NCBI GenBank assembly: GCA_036479435.1
Contig: JAZGFI010000144.1
Coordinates: 1-45,486, forward strand
DNA from: Planctomycetota bacterium
GTDB taxonomy: Bacteria > Planctomycetota > GCA-002687715 > DRQF01
Direction of reading: 5' to 3'
Length of the DNA: 45,486 nt
Positions 18,773 to 27,410 of the stretch are shown here, in pieces. The notes beneath the pieces are model-generated. The model ran no database searches and was not told the origin of the DNA. It was given only the letters and a program-made list of their open reading frames with translations. Within the stretch, counting starts at the first letter, position 1. Every line of letters begins with the position of its first letter. The position numbers and the translations under genes were made by a program.

Positions 18773-21700
18773 CTTCGCTAGCTTTGGATCTAGGTGCCGT
18801 TCAAAGGGCGACTTCAAAATCGTCGTCCCGCAGTGACCAGGGTGCGGCCTTGATTATCGTTCTCAGCGTCTTGATGATGCTTTTTGTCATCGCCACGCCG
18901 TTTTTGCTTTCGGCTAAGAACGACTATCGCAACGCGTTGGCATCCTCCGAGAGGTTCCGGGCACGTGCGGCCGCCGATGCCGCCTTGGAGTGGTCGAAGC
19001 ACGAACTTGGAAAGACATCTAACGGTCTTGAGAGTCGAGGCCTCGGACGTGGGACCCCCTATTGGGATAGTCCGGCGGAATTAACCGTCAACGGCCGCCC
19101 CGATTCCTGGGGGCCGGCTTTGGGGCTGGAGGATGCGTCTCGTTTCTTGCGAGACCCGCGTGGCCTGCTGTGGGGCATTGAGGTTCGCGATGAACAGTCG
19201 CTTTTGAACGTCAACAGCATGCCGCCCTTTTTGTGGGCGGCGCTGCTGGGGCGGACGAACGTCGCGGAGAACTACGAGGCGGGCAAGGGTGAGCTCGCGG
19301 TGACATCGACCAAGGGTTTTCGACCCGACGGTGGCGAGATCATCGTGAACGGTGAACGAGGCCGCTATAGCTCGGCCACGGCCGACCGTTTCTTAGGCGT
19401 TTCCCTGAAAAAAGGCCATTCGCAGGGCAGTTGGGTCTTGCCCAAGCTCGCCTACGACCTCGCGTCCTACAACTACCTCTCTCCGCGAGCGGGCCGAAAT
19501 GGCTGGGTTGAAATGGCCTCGGTTTCGACCATCAAAGAGGTTGCGGCCTTGGGTTCGCAGCAGCCGGTGCGCGAAGAGGATCTGGATCGTATCTTGGACG
19601 TCCTGACTGCATTTGGCCACCGCAGCAGCAATAGCGGTTGGTTGGCGGCAACCCGCGTCGAGGACGAAGTCAACCCCGAGTCCTTTAACGAGGAGCGCGG
19701 CGGCCAACCCATTCGAGTGCGCAACCCCGAATACTTCAACGTGGGTTCGGTGGTGCGGCTTGAGGTCGGCGGCATCGGGGAGTACGGAATCGTCAATCGC
19801 GTGCGCGGTTCGATCATCTATTTGCTGGAAGCGGTTTCCCAGATCTATCCCTTCCACGTCTCGACTCTTCGCGCTGAGATGCGTCACCCTGTCAACATCA
19901 ACTCGGCATCAAAAGAGGTGATGGTGCTGACGATGGAGGGGCTTGAGTATTCGCCCTCTGCGTCGAGCAGTCGCGAGGAGCGTCGCGTGTCGGCCGAGCT
20001 CGCCGAAGAAATTGCCGACGTCATCATCAAAAACCGCCCGCTGCGGGGGATCTCGCATTTCGGAGAGTTGCTGAAGGCGCTCTACTTCCAAAAACGCGGC
20101 AAAATCGGCGAGTACGGCGGTTACGAGAGTCTCGAACGCGTGGCTTGGGCTCCGCGCATCGTGGCCGGTGGCAATAAGGCCCCGGCTCGATTCGTCGAAG
20201 TCGAGCCGACGGCCGTTGACACCGGGCGTGACCCCGGTCGCTCGGCCCCCATGTCGTCCGACATGGCGGCGGCGATCATGCAGAATGCGATCAACCCCTC
20301 GCATCGTTTTCTGGTCAGTTCCACGATGCCCTTTTGCTTTACGAGTGGAGACTACTTTCGAGTCGAAACCGCCGCTTCGGTGAACGATGCTGCGGGCAGT
20401 GAGCTGGGTACCCATCGACAACGGGAGACCTTCAAGACGGCGCCGGCAACCGAGCTCGCCTATCGCCTCGATTCCCAACTTGACTTCGAAGGGCCCATCA
20501 TGGCGGGCCGCACCGGGCGTCGCGTCGAAACGCATCCGCGACCGCTCGCGCGTTATTCCGGCCCGCGGTCGAATCCCGAGCCACGCTTGTTGCGATTCTT
20601 CTCTAATTTTGAACAAGGTTCGCGACCCTCGGTCTATCCCTCACAAAGCGACGGCGATGTCCGCTTGCAGCCAGCGCGCGTTGAGACGCCGATCGCGGGC
20701 GACTACGAGGAACACTTTGATGGCGACATTCAGGGCGTCATCGCGCGGGGCATCACCAGCCGACCCACCGGGATTCGTCCCGAGTGGATCCTCCCGGAAG
20801 GCTTCGAGGTCGGCAACAACCTTTACAGCTTGCCCCTCAACGGCGGGCAGGGGTCGAACGGAACGGTGCGGGGCCTGACCCCATTCACTTTCAGCAATCC
20901 CAATTCTGGTGTGGTCGCCGACCAAGACGGCTTGCTGCCCTTCGTGCTCCAGTTTTGGATCAAACCCTACGATTTTCGAGGCGCACCGGAGTTTCTGAAC
21001 ATCACGGGCAACGATCCCGCGACTGACTATTTGCGCGTGTGGTATGACCCTTCCGATCGCAGTGTTCACGCAAAGCTACACGATCGCACTCTCGATGGCG
21101 GGAACAACTTCGAAGAGGCCGCGGAGGTCGTGTGGAATGCACCCGGCGGACAAATCGAAGACCAGACCTGGTATCACATCGCTTTGCACGTCGGCGGCAC
21201 TCGCCCCGAACAGCTATCGCTGCACGTCGATGGCTTTAAGCGCGGCGAGGCGAAGTTCAAATCCAAGCTCGTCTCGGCGATGAGCCAAGATGACCTAAAT
21301 TTTGAAGTTGAGGACGCGACGGGCTGGCCCGATCACGGTGTCTTTTGGATCGGCCTCGAGCTGGTCCAAGCCGAGCGCAACGGTCCCAATTCCTTCCAAG
21401 TGTTGGACAACCAAAACCCGCAGCCTCAGCTCGGCGTCGATGCGAACGGACAGCCCATTCTCGCCCCTGTCGTCCCCTCCGGGCGTGGCGCGCGGAGCAC
21501 GGAAGCTCGTGCGCATAGCCAAGGAGAAGGCGTTCGCCTGTTCGGCTACACGGTTGCTCTGACTCGCGCCAATGGCGACGCCGGGGTGGCGCTGGATATC
21601 GGTGGCGGCAATCTTGCTTCGCCCTTGGCGCCCTTCGACATCTGCGCCATCGCAGACGACGACACGACCACCGCGACCTTGCCCATCATGGGGAATCCGG

Positions 21701-24003
21701 GGAATCCGGGTCAGCCTAACTCGGTCGGTGTGCGCGTTCTGAATCTGAACACATCGAACCGCATCAAACTCGACTCTTTCGCGCAACCCGGACAATTGCA
21801 GCGCGAGCACGAGGCCTTTCAGGTCTCCGGTGGATACGGTTTCGTGCTCAGTTTGGCCACCGACGGCAACATGCTGCAAACCTCTAACTCGGGGGCGATG
21901 GTGGCGCAGATCTTTCGCTATGACCAGCGTCAGGGCACGACCCTTATGGGGGTCAGCCCGGTGTCGGCAGCACTAAGTTTTGGTCTTCAGACATCTTTGG
22001 GTGTCGCCTCATTGTTCACGAATACCTTGGCGCCCATGATCGTCACCCGTCGCACGAATAACGGCAACGCGGACATTCGTCTGGCGGCGGTCATTCCTTT
22101 GTCGATTCACCTCACCAACGTCAACGGCTACCAAGATCCCGGGGCTCAGGGTGGCCTGGGAGGAGCGGCGGCAAACCTCTTTGCTGAGTTCATCCAGTTG
22201 GGTCGCCCCAATGCGGTGCCGACACCGGGCAACTTCGCGAGTCATGACATTGAGTGGCTGCGCTACTACGCCGTCGATCGTCAAAACAGCATGCTCGTAC
22301 ACACTGGCATCAACGAACTCACTCAGATCGTGTCGGTGCTTGGACTCGGTTTGCACGCCGGTGATATCGCCCAGGGCGGGTCGATGAACAACAAGCCGGG
22401 CCTCGACCGCGTGATGAATGTTCTACGTTTTCGGGGGCAAGCCTCGACGCGTCAGTTCGGTTACGACGTCCGCGACGGTATCTTCCAGGTACACGGTCCA
22501 GGCTCGCCGGTCATCCCCGTGTTTCGTGTCGCGAACGCTGATTTCTTCTCGGCCACTCTGGGCTACGGCGATCCGATTACTTTGTTGGACGCCCAGACGA
22601 GTTCGCGCGAAAAGCGCTTTGTGTCCTGGTCCTGGGTGCCCCCAGCTTCGGCGACGGCCGGTCCCTATGCTTTGGCGGCTTTGACCGAAAACGTGGTAAC
22701 CCCGGTGACGCAGATTGCGATCACCACGTCGACCGGCGGGACTACGAACTTCATCACGAACTACCGCGATTTGAGCCGGGCTCTCAAGTTTCCCTCCGGC
22801 GAATTGCCGTTTATTACCCCGAGCAGTCAAGCCAACATTGGTTCTGGTGCGAGTGGCCAGGTCGGTGGCGGTGTTTTGATCGACGAGATTCAGCTTCGCG
22901 GTCTAGATGGCAGAGAGTTTGTCCTGTGGGACGATGACATTATTTTTCCGGTCGGCGCCGGGGCGACGGCGGGCAGCACGCCCTTCCCCTTGGGCATCGA
23001 CGATGCGGCGACCTCTATTCCCGTGGTGCAATCGCGAACCCTGGGCCTTCGCCGCGGGAGTGTCCAAACCAACCCCGTCAACCAAACCACGCGCTGGTTG
23101 CCCGACGGACGCGAGATCCTCTCGACGACCGGACCGGGCGGCATCATGCAGTCGCAGGCTGGCTTGGTGCAGATCGACGATGAGATCATCGCCTATCGCG
23201 AGATCACGGTGAACAACTTCGGTATTCCCGTACTCGAAGACTGTGAACGCGGTTACATGGGCACCGAGCCGGCAGAGCACTCCTTCGGTTCCAACGTGGT
23301 GTACTTGGATTGGCGAGCGGTGACGCGTTTACAGCGCGGCGCCGAACCCGACAATTACGATCTAGCCGTGACGGGCACCCGGAACTTCAATCCCTTCGGC
23401 GGCACGGCGTTGATTCGAGACGAGCTCATTCACTACACCGAACTCGCCGGAAGCACTTTGCGGATGCCCCTGCGCACCGTCGACGGTGTCGCGGAAGGTC
23501 TGTTCCGCGGGCGCTTCGGTACCAAGAGGGGCTCCTACCCTCAGGACGAGCTCGTGCTGGGTATGCCTTTCCGCTATTGGGACCGCTTCGCGCTGCAATC
23601 CGATGATCCGGCGCTCGCCTACTACGAGTTCGCCGTCAACGAGCCGCGTGCCTTTTTCAAGCGTTTGTCCTGGCGGCATCGTTTTCGGAAGTCGAATCTG
23701 GACATCAAGATGCTGTGTCGCTTCGACCCCACGGTGCCCTGGGAGACGCCGATCGCAAAGTCAAAGGGCCGTTTGATCTTGCTTGAGAGTGAGTCGGGGC
23801 GGTCCGAAGAACAGGTCAATCACCATCGATTGATGATCAGTGGCAAGGGCATGGAAGTGCGCGTTTTCTTCACCTGGAAACCCGGTGCGGTGGACACGCA
23901 GAACATGCAGGTCAACTCCTGGAAGGAAACTCCGGAGCTTTTAGAAATCGACCTTCGCTACTTGGCCGCGCCCCAGGTCCTCTTTCGGGAGACTTTGGAG
24001 TGA
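18769..24003 (+). CDS. Giant GspK/PilX-like tip pseudopilin (1744 aa) with LamG and repeated beta-modules
   Basis: QG|AALIIVL (no Glu5, typical of GspK/PilX), ARAAADAALE, DEQSLLNVN, VNINSASKEVM, GDYFRVE (GspK-type motifs); LamG-type FWIKP..WYHIAL..LHVDG...IDEIQL. Confidence 0.78.
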   Translation: MTSLALDLGAVQRATSKSSSRSDQGAALIIVLSVLMMLFVIATPFLLSAKNDYRNALASSERFRARAAADAALEWSKHELGKTSNGLESRGLGRGTPYWDSPAELTVNGRPDSWGPALGLEDASRFLRDPRGLLWGIEVRDEQSLLNVNSMPPFLWAALLGRTNVAENYEAGKGELAVTSTKGFRPDGGEIIVNGERGRYSSATADRFLGVSLKKGHSQGSWVLPKLAYDLASYNYLSPRAGRNGWVEMASVSTIKEVAALGSQQPVREEDLDRILDVLTAFGHRSSNSGWLAATRVEDEVNPESFNEERGGQPIRVRNPEYFNVGSVVRLEVGGIGEYGIVNRVRGSIIYLLEAVSQIYPFHVSTLRAEMRHPVNINSASKEVMVLTMEGLEYSPSASSSREERRVSAELAEEIADVIIKNRPLRGISHFGELLKALYFQKRGKIGEYGGYESLERVAWAPRIVAGGNKAPARFVEVEPTAVDTGRDPGRSAPMSSDMAAAIMQNAINPSHRFLVSSTMPFCFTSGDYFRVETAASVNDAAGSELGTHRQRETFKTAPATELAYRLDSQLDFEGPIMAGRTGRRVETHPRPLARYSGPRSNPEPRLLRFFSNFEQGSRPSVYPSQSDGDVRLQPARVETPIAGDYEEHFDGDIQGVIARGITSRPTGIRPEWILPEGFEVGNNLYSLPLNGGQGSNGTVRGLTPFTFSNPNSGVVADQDGLLPFVLQFWIKPYDFRGAPEFLNITGNDPATDYLRVWYDPSDRSVHAKLHDRTLDGGNNFEEAAEVVWNAPGGQIEDQTWYHIALHVGGTRPEQLSLHVDGFKRGEAKFKSKLVSAMSQDDLNFEVEDATGWPDHGVFWIGLELVQAERNGPNSFQVLDNQNPQPQLGVDANGQPILAPVVPSGRGARSTEARAHSQGEGVRLFGYTVALTRANGDAGVALDIGGGNLASPLAPFDICAIADDDTTTATLPIMGNPGNPGQPNSVGVRVLNLNTSNRIKLDSFAQPGQLQREHEAFQVSGGYGFVLSLATDGNMLQTSNSGAMVAQIFRYDQRQGTTLMGVSPVSAALSFGLQTSLGVASLFTNTLAPMIVTRRTNNGNADIRLAAVIPLSIHLTNVNGYQDPGAQGGLGGAAANLFAEFIQLGRPNAVPTPGNFASHDIEWLRYYAVDRQNSMLVHTGINELTQIVSVLGLGLHAGDIAQGGSMNNKPGLDRVMNVLRFRGQASTRQFGYDVRDGIFQVHGPGSPVIPVFRVANADFFSATLGYGDPITLLDAQTSSREKRFVSWSWVPPASATAGPYALAALTENVVTPVTQIAITTSTGGTTNFITNYRDLSRALKFPSGELPFITPSSQANIGSGASGQVGGGVLIDEIQLRGLDGREFVLWDDDIIFPVGAGATAGSTPFPLGIDDAATSIPVVQSRTLGLRRGSVQTNPVNQTTRWLPDGREILSTTGPGGIMQSQAGLVQIDDEIIAYREITVNNFGIPVLEDCERGYMGTEPAEHSFGSNVVYLDWRAVTRLQRGAEPDNYDLAVTGTRNFNPFGGTALIRDELIHYTELAGSTLRMPLRTVDGVAEGLFRGRFGTKRGSYPQDELVLGMPFRYWDRFALQSDDPALAYYEFAVNEPRAFFKRLSWRHRFRKSNLDIKMLCRFDPTVPWETPIAKSKGRLILLESESGRSEEQVNHHRLMISGKGMEVRVFFTWKPGAVDTQNMQVNSWKETPELLEIDLRYLAAPQVLFRETLE

Positions 24004-25328
24004 TGCGATCAAGATTGCAGATTGAGCTTGAACGCGGACTGACTCTGATCGAACTCATCGTGGCGATGGCGCTTTTTTCGGTGATGGGTTTGTTCTTGTT
24101 TAATCTCATGGCCCGGAGCCTCGAAATCTACCGCGGCTCCAGTCAATCCGCCGAGTTCTACGACAAGTTCGATTCCGTATCCCGCCAGCTCGAGGATGAT
24201 CTGCGCTGCACCTGGATTGGCGACCCTGAGGGCCGCGGGCCCAAGTCAGTTTTTCTTGCCGACTACGATCGCAAGTATGTTCCCAGCGAGACCTCAGAAG
24301 AAAAAGAAGCCGCCGCGGCACGCAACGCTTGGACTGCCGACGATCCCCGTAGCTTCGCCCTGCGCTTCATTCGGACTTTTCCCGGCGGCGAGAACTCAAC
24401 GACTCTGGGCCGCTTTGCCGGTACTTACTCGGACCAAGAAATGTATCTCGATGGCGTCGACGACGACGTCGAGAGCCGTGCGGATGCCATCAATGCTGAA
24501 TCTCGCGAACGGCTCGAGAACGGTGGTTCGCAGCCGCGAAACATAAAGTCGCGGAGGCAGGGCTCAAAGCCGCCCGAGCCCGGGCTTTTAGCTCCGCGCG
24601 GTCTGATGGAAGTGCTCTACTTTCTCGACCGCGGTGAGAATGACACGCCGGGTACTTTTACCCTATATCGGGCGATCCGTTCGCCGACCGGGGGCGTGGG
24701 CTCGTTTCTTGCGCCGGGTTTTCTGCGGCGCATGAGCCCTGAGTGGATCGTGGCGCACGCCGTGCCGGTAGTCTCTGGTTTGGCGCACTTCGGCATCGTC
24801 TTCTGGACGCAGGACACCAAGGAATGGGATCTTGAGCGAGCCCTGGATCGCGGCGCCAAAGCCGCAGCTCGCGGCAACATTGGCTCAGAGGCCCGATGGG
24901 ATAGCACGCGATCGCGCAGTAAGGCCTTTGGCATGTATCGCGGCGAGGATTCGGCGCAGGTCTGGGAAGACGATGTTTTCCCGGTGCGAGCGCAGCTCGT
25001 GATGACTTTTTTGCGAGAAGGACGCGGTGAAGGCGAGGCGCGAACGCTCGGTGCGACCTCGCGGACCGCGAGAAGGTTGCAGATTTCGAATCGGAAGATC
25101 TTTAAGGAATGGGATCGCGGCGGACCGCGTTTTCTTCAAGTGGGCTCTGAGTGGATGGAAGTCGTCGGGGCCGAGGGCCGAGAGCTCGAGGTGTTGAGGG
25201 GCATTCGCCGGAGCGTCCCGCAAAAACACGAGTCTGGAACCGATGTGCGCGTGGGCCGCCGCTTTAAGAAGGTCGTTCAGATTCCTGCGCACCGCGCAGC
25301 TTTTCGCTTACCGGGAGATAAGAAGTGA
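24003..25328 (+). CDS. Minor pseudopilin, GspJ/PilW-like, with an extra C-terminal module
   Basis: RG|LTLIELIVAMALF, QLEDDLR, EVLYFL..LYR, FPVRAQLVMTF. TGATG overlap with the upstream gene. Confidence 0.82.
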   Translation: MRSRLQIELERGLTLIELIVAMALFSVMGLFLFNLMARSLEIYRGSSQSAEFYDKFDSVSRQLEDDLRCTWIGDPEGRGPKSVFLADYDRKYVPSETSEEKEAAAARNAWTADDPRSFALRFIRTFPGGENSTTLGRFAGTYSDQEMYLDGVDDDVESRADAINAESRERLENGGSQPRNIKSRRQGSKPPEPGLLAPRGLMEVLYFLDRGENDTPGTFTLYRAIRSPTGGVGSFLAPGFLRRMSPEWIVAHAVPVVSGLAHFGIVFWTQDTKEWDLERALDRGAKAAARGNIGSEARWDSTRSRSKAFGMYRGEDSAQVWEDDVFPVRAQLVMTFLREGRGEGEARTLGATSRTARRLQISNRKIFKEWDRGGPRFLQVGSEWMEVVGAEGRELEVLRGIRRSVPQKHESGTDVRVGRRFKKVVQIPAHRAAFRLPGDKK

Positions 25329-25822
25329 ATCTTCGCGCCGACAACCAACAGGCCGGATTTACCTTGATCGAAATCCTCGTGGCCTTTTCGCTCTTGCTCG
25401 TCGGGATGGCGGGCATCATCAGCATGTTTGCTGCGGGCATGCGCCTTGAACGCGCGGGTAGTTTAGCTTTCGACGGTGCCGTGATCTTGGATGAATTGAG
25501 CCCCGAGATCATTGAGGATTTTCGCCTCCAACGTGCCGCGAACAAAGCGGGCGGCGTTGAGCTTCGAATCGAGCGCAGCGAAGTCAAGGGCCACCCCGGC
25601 ATGACTTACTCCGCTCGCGCCATTCCCTTCCCCGATGACGAGGAAGGTCATGGCTACTTAGTCAATGTCTTCGTGATGCCCGCTGGTGTTGCCGAAGAAG
25701 ATGCTTTTTCTCAGGGCTGGCTTCCCGTCCGTCTGCGACCGCGTTTTGAAGAACTCGTTCGTAAAGCACAGGAAGAACCCGAACCAAGTTCCGCCGCCGG
25801 CGGAGCGCAACGATCCCGATAA
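25325..25822 (+). CDS. Minor pseudopilin, GspI/PilV-like
   Basis: AG|FTLIEILVAFSLLLVGMAGII, small size, GTGA overlap. Confidence 0.82.
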   Translation: MNLRADNQQAGFTLIEILVAFSLLLVGMAGIISMFAAGMRLERAGSLAFDGAVILDELSPEIIEDFRLQRAANKAGGVELRIERSEVKGHPGMTYSARAIPFPDDEEGHGYLVNVFVMPAGVAEEDAFSQGWLPVRLRPRFEELVRKAQEEPEPSSAAGGAQRSR

Positions 25823-25835
25823 AGGGAGTATGACG

Positions 25836-27299
25836 ATGACTCTTGGCAAAATCCTACTGACTGCCGTCGCACTTGCGATCTTGGCTCTTCCCGCCGTGGC
25901 CGACATCATCTTTCTCAAAGATGGTCGGATGCTCCACGTCGAGATTCTCGCCGGGAGTGAGCGTGGCATTGACGTCCGCCGACTTGACACGCAAGGCAAG
26001 CTCTTCATCCGCTGGGACTTATTGCGCGATGAAGACAAAAAGCGACTGCGTATCGGTTTCGGTTTCGAAGACGACGATTCTGGTGCCGACTTGGTCATGG
26101 ACGGCCATCGGGTGTTCGTTTTGCGTGGCGACTACTACGACGGCCTGATTGAATCGCAGGACCAAAAGCAGGTGGTGATTCGGACCTCTGGCCGTTTGTT
26201 CACGATCTTGCGCCACGGCGTGCGCGGAATCGAAGAGCGGCGCGTCTCGGTGTTCGACGTCTACACTCCCGCTGAGCTCTATGATCAACGCCTCGGCGAG
26301 ATTCAGCCCACCGATGACGATACGGTCGGCCACTTCGAGATGGCGGATTGGGCCACGAAGATCGGGGTCTTTGATCGGGCGATCTATCACTTCGCGAAGG
26401 CGCGCGAGGCCGATCCAGAGCATCGCGCAGACTTCGTCGATAACCAGTTGGTTCGCCTCGAGGAACTCAATCGTCACAAAGAAATTCGCACGGCGATTCG
26501 CGATGCGGAAAAGCGCGGTCGCCAGCACAAGTACAAAGAGTGCTTTGGTCTGCTTGATGTCGTGGCGAAATCCGACGGTCTGCCCGATGTGATCCGTGCC
26601 GAAGTCCTGAAGAAGAAAGAGCTCTTTGCGAAGCGTCGCTGGAAGTACTACACGACGGTCGTCGAACGCGAGTATCAGCGCGAGGTTATCAAGCGCATCA
26701 ACAAGCTGTCGCGAAGCAAAGACATCAAGTCTTCCGATAAGGCGAAGCGCCTAACGATCGACAAGGCGATGAGCTACCTGCGTTCGAAGCTTCACAAAGA
26801 TATCGTGGCGCACCTCGCAAAGAAGCACGAGCTGGACCCAAAGCGCGAGGTCGAAAAAATGTGGAAGGACCGCCGAGCTCGCGTGAAGCGTACGGCTTCC
26901 TACGGCAACGGTACTTTCATCATCGAGAAGTCTGGGGGCAGCCGCGGAGGTCGGCAGAACGCCAATCGGGCCCAGCAGCTTCAGGATCTGCTACGGCGGG
27001 CAGGCGGTGGTCGAGGTGGAAATAACAACCAATCCAACAACACCGTGCGTCCACCAAAGCTGATCAGCAAGCAACGGTGGTGGATTGGCGTTGAGGCCTC
27101 AGTCCGCTCGTCCTGGCTACGGGCGTTCTACGCGGAGAATGCTCGACAGTTGGAAGTCGTCAGCACGCGGCGTCGGCCCTGCCCCGAATGCGGTGCGACC
27201 GGATCTCTGAAGCGTCTGGGGACTCAGGGAAGCGTGGTCAAAGTCACCTGCCCTCGCTGCCACGGAACAAAAGGCGACAAGATCATCACCTACAAGTAG
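25836..27299 (+). CDS. Exported protein of unknown function with basic/RGG-rich region and C-terminal CxxC...CxxCH motif
   Basis: Signal peptide MTLGKILLTAVALAILALPAVA|DIIFLKDG after RBS GGGAG (start reassigned from 25686); TPR-like HFEMADW..ADPEH; CPECGATG and CPRCHGTKG near the C-terminus. Confidence 0.75.
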   Translation: MTLGKILLTAVALAILALPAVADIIFLKDGRMLHVEILAGSERGIDVRRLDTQGKLFIRWDLLRDEDKKRLRIGFGFEDDDSGADLVMDGHRVFVLRGDYYDGLIESQDQKQVVIRTSGRLFTILRHGVRGIEERRVSVFDVYTPAELYDQRLGEIQPTDDDTVGHFEMADWATKIGVFDRAIYHFAKAREADPEHRADFVDNQLVRLEELNRHKEIRTAIRDAEKRGRQHKYKECFGLLDVVAKSDGLPDVIRAEVLKKKELFAKRRWKYYTTVVEREYQREVIKRINKLSRSKDIKSSDKAKRLTIDKAMSYLRSKLHKDIVAHLAKKHELDPKREVEKMWKDRRARVKRTASYGNGTFIIEKSGGSRGGRQNANRAQQLQDLLRRAGGGRGGNNNQSNNTVRPPKLISKQRWWIGVEASVRSSWLRAFYAENARQLEVVSTRRRPCPECGATGSLKRLGTQGSVVKVTCPRCHGTKGDKIITYK

Positions 27300-27329
27300 G
27301 GCCTTGCCGTTGGTTTAGAACTGAGATTG

Positions 27330-27360
27330 GGTCGGTGGCTGCCACCGGCCTTTTCTTTTT
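27330..27360 (+). terminator. Intrinsic terminator closing the pilin operon
   Basis: Hairpin GGTCGGTGG-CTG-CCACCGGCC followed by TTTTCTTTTT, 30 nt after the stop at 27299. Confidence 0.75.
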
Positions 27361-27410
27361 CGACCGCTTCACCTTAGACTTCGGCTTCATTGACGCAGGC
27401 TCCATGAGCC

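Noticed and set aside
21691..21720. Short 9-bp repeat (GNPGNPGQPN) in the giant pilin
   Set aside because: Low-complexity loop sequence, too short to indicate a distinct element.
25686..25835. N-terminal extensions in the ORF track (also 13109, 32366, 33681, 36553, 38117)
   Set aside because: They mostly overlap neighbouring genes or extend through spacers; downstream starts have an RBS, signal peptides or stop-start coupling.
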